NCBI GenBank assembly: GCA_013265495.1
Contig: MU058781.1
Coordinates: forward strand, 3,225,050 to 3,289,049
Origin: Vicugna vicugna
Taxonomy: Eukaryota
Direction: 5' to 3'
Length of the DNA stretch: 64,000 nt
A program made the position numbers and the translations under genes. Below, piece by piece: positions 1 to 10,262 of this stretch (positions are counted from its first letter, which is position 1; every line of letters starts with the position of its first letter). The notes under the pieces were generated by a model that saw only the letters and a program-made list of their open reading frames with translations, was not told the origin of the DNA and did not search any database.

Positions 1-11
1 CTCCAGCCCTG

Positions 12-70
12 TTTACAGATGAGGAAACTGAGGCTCATGGGGGCAAGTACTTTGCCAGCAGAGATAGCCC
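12..70 (-). mobile_element. MIR SINE core fragment
   Basis: TTTACAGATGAGGAAACTGAGGCTC is the reverse complement of the MIR core. Confidence 0.75.
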
Positions 71-571
71 TGCTCTGGGCAGTGCATTGTAAATCTATTA
101 GGTAGTGATCAAGCGCTGGTCCCCAAGGGCACAGAGAGCACTGCCAGGATTCAGTCAAAGGACGAGTTAAATTTTCCCAGCTCAGTCACCCTTTTAGCCT
201 AGAGCCAGGCCTCTTAACATGACCCTTCCTCCAAGTCTGAGTCTGTCCCAGGCTCCAGAGTCTCCAGAAACTGCCTCAGTAAGAGTTTTTGCTGTTGTTG
301 TTGACACTAAGGCTATTATGCTGTTTCTGTGGGTGGAAATATGTACTTATTATCTGAAGCATTAAGTGTGTTTTTCCTTCATTTCATTTAAACAAGAATT
401 TATTAGTCCTTGAGTACAGGCACTGCCATTTATTTAGTGCTGGTGTGGAAACAAAGTAGAGAAAGCAATTAATAAACTGAAGCGACTGACAACCTAGCAG
501 GAAAACAACTTGTACATCATGTCAGAGGCCAATCCCTGGGCACCCACGGGCAAGCCATTCTCTGGTCCTTC

Positions 572-1420
572 CTTTTTTAAAAAATAGGCTACTTTTTAGA
601 GCAATTTTAGGCTCAGAGCAAAATTGAGCAGAAAGTACAGAGAGTTCCCATATATCCTCCACCCCTAGGCCTGCACTGACCTCCGCCTGGTCAGCATCAG
701 GCACCAGAGGGCTACATGTGTTACAGCTGATGGATCTACATCCACAGTTACCGCAACTGCACTGACACATCTTCACCACCCAAAGTCCCTGGTTTGCATA
801 AGGTGTCACTGTTGGTGCTGTACATTCTATGGGTTGGGACAAATGTATAATGACAAGCATCCACCATTATAGTCTCATACAGAGTAGTCTCACTGCCCTA
901 AAAATCTCTCTGTGCTCCACATATTCATCCCTCTTGTCCCCCCAACCCCTGGTACCTCCTGATCTTTTTACTGCCATCATAGTTTTGCCTTTCTCAGAAT
1001 GTCATAGAGTTGGAATTGTGCAGTATGGAACCTTTTCAGATTGACTTCTTTCACTTAGTAGTAGACATGCAAGGTTCCTCCATGTCTTTTCATGGCTTCA
1101 TAACTCATTCTTTTCAGCACGGAATAATATTCCACTGCCTGGATGCACCAGTTTATTTATTCATTCACCTCCTGAAGGACATCTTGTTTGCTTTCAGATT
1201 TTGGCAGTTGTGAATAAAGTTACTCTAAACATCCAGGTGCAGGTTTTTATGTGGATGTACATCTTCAGTCCACTTAGGTAAGTGCCAAGGAGTGCAGTTG
1301 CTGGATTGTTAGGCAAGAGTATGTTTAGTTTTGTAAGAAACCACCAGACTCTTCCAAAGTGGTGGTGCCATTTTGCATTCCCCCGAGCAATGAAAGAGAG
1401 TTTCTCACCAGCATTTGGGC
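572..1420 (-). mobile_element. Old L1 (L1MC/L1MB-type) 3' end
   Basis: T-rich start, then AAAATTGAGCAGAAAGTACAGAGAGTTCCCATAT, CAGAATGTCATAGAGTTGGAATT and CTTCTTTCACTTAG, typical of antisense L1M 3' UTRs. It explains the ORFs at 522-1433. Confidence 0.85.
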
Positions 1421-2149
1421 TTGTTCCCTGCACTGTTTAAAGCACTACTGAGCCGGATTGTGTAGAAACAGCTAGAGAGCCAGATGTAAAGTCAAAAATG
1501 CCTCTGAGCAACAACACTCAATGTTACATCCTGTGATGTTCCGTGGAGCAGAGTTTCTCGTGCCCTTACTCAAAGCCACCAATTCTTACTCTGCACAAAA
1601 TACTATTAAGTCTGGTTTTCTGTTTTCCCAGCCCACTAAGAATTGGAAGCATTAAAGAGATGGAGACACTCAGAGCATAAAACAAAAGACACACACACTA
1701 GCCTGTTAACAAATAAGTTAACAAACAACTGTGTGATCTTGCATTCTTCAGAAGCCTACCTGCATACCTGCTTGTCATAATGACATCAAGACGTCCGTTG
1801 AAAGAATGAAGTGGCATTCAGGGTACCACAACTATTAAAAATTGAGGCTAAGTCCCCACCTTGTGGATTTGTTGTTGGAATTAAATGAAATGTATGTAAA
1901 ATGCTTGACGTAGTGTCTGCTTCATAGAAGTGCTAATAAACATTGGCTGCTACGTAATGGTGGCGATGATGGTGATGATGTACCAGGCAGTTCGACAACA
2001 AGGAGAAAGAGGAATGGAAAGAAAAGCGTATTGGAATTCCTTAGGCGCTTATTGAGATGCTATTATCCCCAAGGTGAATTCAAAGGTAAACGGCATGTGG
2101 TTCCCCTTCTTGAAGAAATCCTTGGCTAACGTATCGTGCAACTATCATG

Positions 2150-2810
2150 GAATGTGATAAATGTTGTAACATTGATTCGTAAGAGTGGCATGATAACACA
2201 GATGAGGGAACTGTTACTTTGACTGCAAGATCAAGAAATGCTACAGTAGATATTGGAGCTAGGCTGGAAGGATTTTGCTGTTTGGTGAGGGGAAGGCATT
2301 TTAAGGAAGGACGTTACAGGCAGAGGGAACAGACTGTAAACAGCATGGAGTCATGGAAATCATGGCACAGTCGAAAATGTAGACAAGGGTAAAATCAAAG
2401 ACAGTGTAGCCAGGAGATGGGCCAGAATGTTCCCTGAAGGCCAGTTGCTGATTGCCTAGTGTATGGTACCAAGGAGTATGGATTTTATTTGAAAGGTAGC
2501 ACCCTGCTATTAAAGGCTTTAAGCTGAGAAGAAGCTGCGTGATTAAATGTTTGCTTTCAACACATGCTCCATGCTTAAGGCAGGAAAGAAAATGAAATTG
2601 AGTGGGTAGAGGATGGAGGCAGGGAGACCACGTAGGGGTTCTTGAGATCATCTGGGTTATAGCGGAGGACCCCAGACTTCAGCAGAGGCAACAGGTAGAC
2701 TTGTAAAGACTAAGTGGTCTATTGGGAGAGGCTGTGAGGAGAGGGCAGAGAGAGTGGGCAGGTAGAAAGTACAGTCAAGCATGACTCTGAGGTCTCTAAC
2801 TTGGTCGTTT
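2150..2810 (-). mobile_element. Degenerate L2 LINE fragment
   Basis: Purine-rich motifs such as GGAGGCAGGGAGACCA, GGCTTTAAGCTGAGAAG and CATGACTCTGAGGTCTCTAACTTGG resemble antisense L2. Boundaries are approximate. Confidence 0.6.
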
Positions 2811-3090
2811 AGGCAACCCAAGGAAGGAACTTTTTATAAACCTGAGGTTTTTTTTTTTTAATCTTCATGATCCTCTGGTAGCATGAAAGAGGCTGAATTT
2901 TTAATACCATTTCAATTCCGAGCTTATTTGATATTTTCTTGCTCCACTCAAGAGAACACCACTTAAATTATGCCATAAAGTCAGAACCAAATGAATGCAA
3001 TTCATTTTTCTAAAAGTTCCAAGGAGGGACAGACAAACGTGTACTCAAAGAACAGATGTCAAGCCAAAAATAACTAATAATACTCTGAGG

Positions 3091-3412
3091 CTGGACTGTC
3101 TAATATGGTGACTACTAGTCACAGGTAGTTTCTGAACACTTGAAATAGAGCTACTCTTATTTAAGATGTGATGTGAGTGTAAAATATATATAATTCATAT
3201 CAGATTTCAAAGATTTAGTATGAAGAAAAGAATATAAAATACTCTTAATAATTTTATATACTACATGTCAAAATAATATTTTGAATATATTGGATCCAAT
3301 AAAATATATTACCAAAATTAATTTCACTAGTTTTTTTTCTTTTTTAATGCAACAACGAGGAAGTTTTAAATTATATATGTGGCTCACGTTGTACTTTTGT
3401 TGGACAGCACTG
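3091..3412. mobile_element. MER33-like hAT-Charlie MITE
   Basis: Ends CTGGACTGTCTAATA... and ...TTGGACAGCACTG form terminal inverted repeats around an AT-rich interior matching my recall of MER33. Confidence 0.85.
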
Positions 3413-4959
3413 GTCTGGGAAATTCGATTTTTGCAGCATCAATATTGAACAACTAGACCAAGGGTGTATTTTGTATTATTGGTTTTCTTCCCGTTGCTGG
3501 GGAGGGTCTCACCACCTGATGTTTTCTAATATTTCACTAGGTATCCTTATGCTCTTTAAGAAAAAAGTAGTTACCATAGCAACTGCTGCAACGCCTTGTA
3601 TTTACCACACCTGGAGGGAGAGATATAAACAGACATCAATCAGTCATTCAGATTTACATATTTATATTTCTTTTCATGTATATCTGGGTCTTCCTTTGCA
3701 AAACAGAGCTCTGAGTGTAGGAAACTTGATTTCTAATTGCCACCTCTGTCACTGGCTGCCTTGGGTCTGTATGAGGAGAGGAATAACTATCCCGTGCCCA
3801 CTTTAGAGGGACACGTGGATAGATAGCTACGGAGTATTTTGCAAGTTATTCTTAGGGTGCAGTGTCAGTCTAATGTCACCCAGTTTAATATAGTAATGGT
3901 ATCTACTATTGTTAGTGCAATGCTGGAGGCAGGCAGAAAGGACAAGAGGTTTCCTTCGGTGACTACGGGTGAGGGAATGCAGCAGGGAGAAAAGAGATCA
4001 GACCAGGAAAAACCAAAAGCAGGTGACCAACGTCAGCCTTGTTCCCCTAGCCTGTAACTGCCCTTTTGGGGTATTTCCCATATTCAGCAACAAGTCTCCA
4101 CTGTCTGGGACAAGCCTGGGAGTCCAGAGCCCCTGCTGCAGAGAGTTCATCCCAGCTTTCACATGGAAAAAGCAAACAGGTTGGAGTTTTTTATGTCAGT
4201 CATTTCATGATGCATTAAGTGTTGTGCTCATTTATGCCAGTTAAGTTTCTCGAAGATCTTCTCATTCCTGGGTCAATTCTATTTTAACATACTTGTCCCT
4301 CAATATACATCATCCGGACAGAGATGAGAGATGCTGAGAAAGGAAAATTGGAACAGACTAAAGTGATTCTTAGTTCCTTCACCTCAAGCCAGTGCTGGCT
4401 TCAAAATATCCGTATAGATGGGCCATAAGGATTTCCACATGGTTGGTAGTGGAGGCTGCGTTTTAGACATTGAGGTGTTTGCATAGCAAGCATGCAGTTT
4501 TCAGTTGGATACTGTGCTTATTTGAGGTGGCTGGAGGAGGGTTTATGATTGTCAAGGGCAGGGGAGGGGATTGGCTAAAGACGCCTCGATCCAACCTACC
4601 CCTTTGGCATTTCACAGAACTTAGATATTGTGACTAGAGTAATAAACATTCTAGCTTTTGGATTTGATTTGCACAGGTGTGATAAATCTTCACGAGGCTT
4701 TTCAACTGATGATGCGCTCTGTCATTTGCAAATCCATTCACTGATTTATTTAATCTACAGACAGTCGCCCTAAATGAAAATCAAAGAAGCTGCTACAGTT
4801 ACACCTTGAGATGTTACATCTTGAGAAATCCCTGCTAACTCAGCATTTGTATTTAAGAGGTCCTCTGCCCAAGAAGAATCAAGCCAAAGAGAGATAGAAA
4901 TACACTGCAAAAATGCAGCCACTCCCCTGAAGTTTCAAGAAAGGTTCATTGTCGTTGTC

Positions 4960-5110
4960 TGGTGTTTGGAGTGTCTCTCCCTCCACTCCGGGGGGGGGGG
5001 AAGGAGGAGGGGAGACAGATGAGGGGTCAGGGAGTTTCTGATTTTCTGATCAGAACGCAAACAGCACAGTTTGAATTATATAATGGAGCTGCTGGGAGTC
5101 AGGTGACAGG
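4960..5110 (+). promoter_or_regulatory. Candidate TATA-containing alternative promoter
   Basis: TATATAA at 5077-5083 and a G11 run at 4990-5000 in repeat-free sequence, upstream of a strong splice donor (5476) and a locally CpG-enriched stretch (~5480-5830). Confidence 0.45.
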
Positions 5111-5475
5111 CTCACTGAGTAATTCCCTGCAGAAGGAAACAAACTGCATGTTAAAAAGCTCAACAAATACTCAGAAAGAAAAAAAACAACAAAAAAAAGC
5201 AAAGCCCAGGCCGTGAGTTCCAGACTTCCAAGCTGCAGTTTCCTCTGAATTCTCTCCAGGCTGAAACAGCTGGGCTGGCTGGCTGAGTCCCAAGGACTCA
5301 CAGAGGCTGCGGAGAGCCCAGTGCAGGTCGGGGGTCTGGTCTGGATCACCGGGTTACTTTCTGTTTCATTTCGAAATGTTCCCTGCTTCTGAAACTGGTT
5401 ACCTCCAATGTCAAGGAAAGCACAGGACTCCTTGGAGACTCCAGCCAGGCTTTTAAGAGCCAGGGCTTTGTGAAG
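5110..5475 (+). other. Candidate non-coding alternative first exon with uORFs
   Basis: Ends at AAG|GTAAGA (intron starts 5476). The 5' end is inferred only from TATA spacing. Contains ATG ORFs 5376-5456 and 5408-5473. Confidence 0.45.
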
Positions 5476-6330
5476 GTAAGAAGCTATCGCGTCCCAGCGG
5501 CTGGGGGCTGCCGCCCCGGGAGTGGACTGGGTGCGAGCAGGGAACGCCAGGAGGAGTCTGCCTACTTGTTCTGGGATCTGAACCAGGCTGGAGAAACTCT
5601 CTGTGGAAGGGTTTTAAGGTTAGAAAAGGGATAAGATGGACCCTTCCTGCGTGAATGGGTGGCCACTCAGTCCGTGGTGAGTTGGATCCGTCTGCAACCC
5701 CTGTCTGATCTTTTCCCCTCCCCGGCTCCATCCCGGGGAGGAATTGGTCGTAGTCAGGGAATTGGCACCGGCTGGCCCGGGGCTGGGAAGAAGGAGAAGG
5801 GGCTGCCTGGCACCGAGAGGCTGTCTGGGCGTGTGTAGCATGTGTATTTCAGAGCCTGACACTTGAGGAGACTGTTGCTCAGTGTAGGAACGCACAGCTT
5901 CTTTTGGAGAGCCAGCGAGCAGAGGCAGAGGACAATACACGTGTGAGCAAAGCGCTTTGGGAAATCTGTGAGGTAGGCATTTGAGTCTTAAATAATTTCA
6001 TTGCTTTTTGTGTGTTTGTTAGTTGGATCTTGTAGTGGCTTTACGTTTTGTTCAGTTTAGGGAATTTTCTCTTTTCAGAGCTGCCAATATGAGTTGGTTT
6101 GGTCTTTCAGTCCTCGGACTTGGTTCGCTGGATGTCTTGGAACCCCCTGGTGCTGTTGTAGATGCCTGGAAGTCAGAGATTCGTTAGGAAGCCGTGCTGT
6201 TTTTCAGATCGGGGAGATTCACTTGCAAATCTCCCTGCAATGGAGACTTGCCGGGAGTCTTGGATGCTTGCTGAGGCAGCCAGCACTTAGGAATCTCAGG
6301 AAGTTTCTGACTTAAAGAGACAGGAAAGGA

Positions 6331-6553
6331 CCTTGTCGTTTATCTGTTTTACATGTAGTAGTTAGTACCTGCAAATCCCAAACTCCCAGTTCATCCCTAC
6401 CCCCGCCTACTGGGAACTGTATTCAATATCTTGTAGTAACCTCTACTGAAAAAGAATATATACGTGTGTGAATCACCATGCTGTACACCGGAGACTAACA
6501 CAACATTGTAAATTGACTATATTTCAAAAAAAATAATAAAAATAAGGGGGGAA
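6331..6553 (+). mobile_element. 5'-truncated, 5'-inverted young L1 (camelid/cetartiodactyl-type 3' UTR) with TSD
   Basis: ~6331-6407 is antisense L1 3' UTR and ~6408-6545 is the sense L1 end with an A-rich tail. TSD AAAGAGA(C/T)AGGAAAGGA at 6314-6330 and 6554-6570. Confidence 0.85.
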
Positions 6554-7934
6554 AAAGAGATAGGAAAGGAGAAATCCACCTGGCATAGGCAATTGTTAAT
6601 TTGGAGAAGGTGGGTGCTGGGAGCTGTTATCAAGGATCAGGGAGAAAGATGACTGGCAAAATAAAAGAGTTAGTAAAGGAGTAGATTTGGGGGCATCCTG
6701 TCTCAGGCTGTGCCATTTTGAGGTTTGCAGCGTGGATATAAAAATCAATAAGACAACCAATGACAGCTCATGGGGCATGAATAAGAAGTGCTACAATGGA
6801 GTCTTTTTTTTCCCCACTGACTCCTAGAGACCCTGAGAACTAGAAAAGACCTGAGTCTGGAAGAGTTCATTTCTAATAGCTATTCCTTCTGGCCACATGA
6901 GGTCCTGTAAACAAAATATGGTGATGTTAGAACCAAAGGGAAAATGTGCTTAGAATGATGCCTATGAAGACATTTTCAAGTTTCTGCTGCCCTTCCCCCC
7001 TTCCCCATCCTGCTCCCAGTTTTGGGCAAATTATATAATTTGAATGTGTCTAATATTAACAACTCTTTAGAGTGATACAGTTATCACTGTAAGAGGATAT
7101 TTGGGTGCTAGAATAAAAATGATCTTGAATCAGTGGCTCTTGAATCTTTGAGACCATGGACCACATTGGGAAATTGAAATGACTTAGGTGATGATGAATT
7201 TCTAGAGTCATCTCTCTGTTGTGGCCCTAACACCCCCATCTTCTGATGCTCAACAAATAAAACTAAACAATGACAACAAACCCAGAAGGCATGGCATAAT
7301 GAGGTTTCTAATTAAAGCCCACTTTTGAAATATCAATGGGAAAATATTATAAATATTCATAATATAAGAAAACAGCTCATCAAGCATCTTGTGCAAGCCA
7401 TGGTGGTCCCTCAAGAAGTACTGCTTAAATAATTTATGTCAGCACAGTGAGTTCCTTCTATCCAGATTTGCATGGGTTGAAACTTGCTGGAAACCTGCAT
7501 TTCTGCACTTCAATAATAAAATAAGGATGGAAATTCATAAGGATGACCTTCAGACACCACAAGAAATCATCACTGCCTTCCAGCTCACAGATCAGAACAT
7601 GATGCTCTGAATAGTTTGAGTGCATTTTCTTGCTAATTCTCTAAAATTTGGCAATCTGCCTAAATTGTGGTGCCCCCATTTTTCACACCAAGAACCAGGA
7701 CTTGTGTTCTTACAAAGGACTGTTGTGTTACTTTCAGTGTGAGGGACAGTCTGGGAAATGCAGTTCAGATGCCAAGTTGTAGTTCAGATGTCCATTTCTG
7801 GGACAGTTCAACACTTTATGGGACAGCTGGTCAGAAGGTGTGCAATAGGGTAGCTCTGGAAAATTCAGCCCTCATAGAAATATAGATGCTTTTGTTAAAA
7901 GCGTACTTTTTTTGTGTTCAGACTGACTTGTTTG

Positions 7935-8140
7935 CATTCCAACTCTGCCACCTATTCAGTGACTGACACTGGGCAAGTTTCTTGGCCTAAGGCTGTTTCT
8001 TCCTCTGTAAAATTGGATAGTGACAGTACTTGCCTTGGAGGTTGCATGGGAGTAAATAAAATAATATGTGACTAGAACAGCACCTAGGACAGTGTGTGGA
8101 ACTGTTAGTACCTAACAGACAGTGTCTGCTGTTACTACCG
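7935..8140 (+). mobile_element. MIR SINE
   Basis: CTCTGCCAC...TGGGCAAGTT...CTCTGTAAAATTGGATAG...GGAGTAAATAAAATAAT follows the MIR consensus order. Confidence 0.75.
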
Positions 8141-8669
8141 TTATCACTGAGTATACCTTTTAATATGCCAGAGATAAAGAATATATTGTACAACCTTAGA
8201 TCAAGGTTCATGAGCATCAGACTGTTCTGGAATTAAGTCACTGGCCTGTCTGTTTCTCTATATAAGGAGGCATCGCTATCCCCATGTTTTGCACAGAAGA
8301 ATCCGTTGAACTGGCTTAAGGCACACAGGACATCAGTGGCAGAACCAGAGAGGGAAGATTTGCCTCCAGACTCTGTACCCTGCCCCCGGATCTTACCACT
8401 CCTGATGGTACTGTGGAGGGTCCACATCGGGGGTGGTCCAACAAGGGCAGAGTAGCTCCTGTCTCTGAAGAGCCTCTGACACCTTCCCAGGGGTGTAGTT
8501 TGGTGCCACAGGCTTGGCTTCCCCTGCTTCAGCCCTACTATTAGCTGTGGCTCTGCCTTTCTTTCCTCCTGGACTTGCTGGGTGGAGGACCCTTACAGGT
8601 GTTGACTACTTGGTTGGCTCATACCAATGGGTGGTGGTGACCGTGAACGCCCAATTCCAAGTCTCCACT

Positions 8670-8836
8670 GGAATAGCTCAAGTGGTAGAGCAAATGCCTA
8701 GCATACACGAGGTTCTGGGTTCAATCCCCAGTACTGCCTCTAAAAATAAATAAACAAATAAACCTAATTACTCCTCCCCCAAAATAGAAAAAAATTTAAA
8801 CTAAAAAAAAAACAAACACCTTAAAAAAAGCAGCTC
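8670..8836 (+). mobile_element. tRNA-derived SINE of camelid type
   Basis: A box TAGCTCAAGTGG, B box GGTTCAATCCC, then AAATAAATAAACAAATAAACCTAATTAC and an A-rich tail. Flanking repeat TCCAAGTCTC(CA/TC)CTGG at 8656-8671 and 8837-8852. Confidence 0.85.
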
Positions 8837-9864
8837 TCCAAGTCTCTCCTGGGGACAACACAGAATCTGCTACCTTTGTCTAGCCCCTTCTTTCTTTTTT
8901 TTTTTTAAATTGAAAAACATGAAAAATTATTTAATGACAGTACTCTTGAAATTGCATGAAACACTGTGTTTCTATTTTCTCTTCGCAGACTTCTAACGTA
9001 GGGATTTAATGCCTCCCATAAAGCAAACTCCCCATTATACACTGTGAAGTCCAAAGAGAGTCACATAATTAATCTGAAGGGTAAAGATGTCAAAAGCCCT
9101 TTACTTTTACATCTCATGTGTATTCAGTTTCTGATAAAATTCAGAATCCACTGGTACAAGGAAGGGGTTAAAAGAAGTGATTTCATGAAAGGTCTTCCAG
9201 GTATAGCCTGGGCTTCCCTAGGAAACTAACTAAATAAAAACCCTGACTTGGGATTGGTCATAAAATGGCAGAGTGGAGAATAGTGTAGGATGATTTCTTC
9301 TAAAAAATCTACCACAAAAGGCAACACCAAAGTCTAAAATTAATAGAAACAGAAAAAAAAATCAAACAGAATTACAGAAAAATAAGATGCTAGATTTAAA
9401 AATAACAACAACCCCCCCCAAATTTTGACATGTAAAAACACCCCACACTTGGAAATATTATAATGCTAAGGAAAAGAGGGGAGGTGCTGGAACATGGGAG
9501 AAATAGCAGAGAGAATGGGATAGAAAGACCTGGTTATAAGTTCAGTCCTATACCCCGGGTAAATCATTCAGTTGAATCTATCTCTTCTTTTATAAAATTA
9601 TAAAAATAATTCCTGCCCCTGCACCCAAGGCTACTGACAGGAACAGATGAGCTGAGGAACAGGTATCAAGACTGGAGAGGTGACCAGTATTCCTCTTGTC
9701 CACACTGGGAACTTGAACTCCACCTGAGTCTATCAGGCAGGTGTTAGTAACTGTATAGAATTAAAGAAATTTGACCAAAAAAAGAATATGTATGTTATAA
9801 AGAAACAGAATTTTCTTCTTAATAACGCAGAAGAAGAAATAGCTGATGAATAACCATTAACTTT

Positions 9865-10262
9865 TATATTTGTATGCTAGGGCTTCCATAACAAAATACC
9901 ACTAGCTGGGTGGCTTAAACAACAGAAATTTATCTTCTCACAGCTCTGGGGGCTGGAAGGCCAAGATCAAGATGTTGGCAGAGATGATTTCTGCTGAGGC
10001 CTCTCTCCTTGGCTTGAGAATAGCCACCTTCTCCCTGTGTCCTCATATGGCCTTTCCTCCGTGTGTGCACAGCCCCCATGTCTTTTCCTCTTCCCGTAAG
10101 GACACCAGTCCTATTGGATTTGGACCCCACCCCACAGGACCTCGTTTAGTTTTGATTACCTCTTTCTAGGCCCTATCTCCAAATATAGTCACATTCAGAG
10201 GTACTGGGTGGGTTAGGGCTTCAACATATGAATTTGGGGAAAATACTATTCATCCTATGACA
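9865..10262 (-). mobile_element. MaLR solo LTR (MLT1B-like)
   Basis: GGGTGGCTTAAACAACAGAAATTTAT...GAGGCCTCTCTCCTTGGCTTG...AAGGACACCAGTC...AGGGCTTCAACATATGAATTTGGGG are MLT1 hallmarks. Confidence 0.9.

Noticed and set aside
8670..8740. Functional tRNA gene (likewise 39640-39711)
   Set aside because: A and B boxes are present, but the acceptor stem is not intact and each copy has a SINE tail and TSD.
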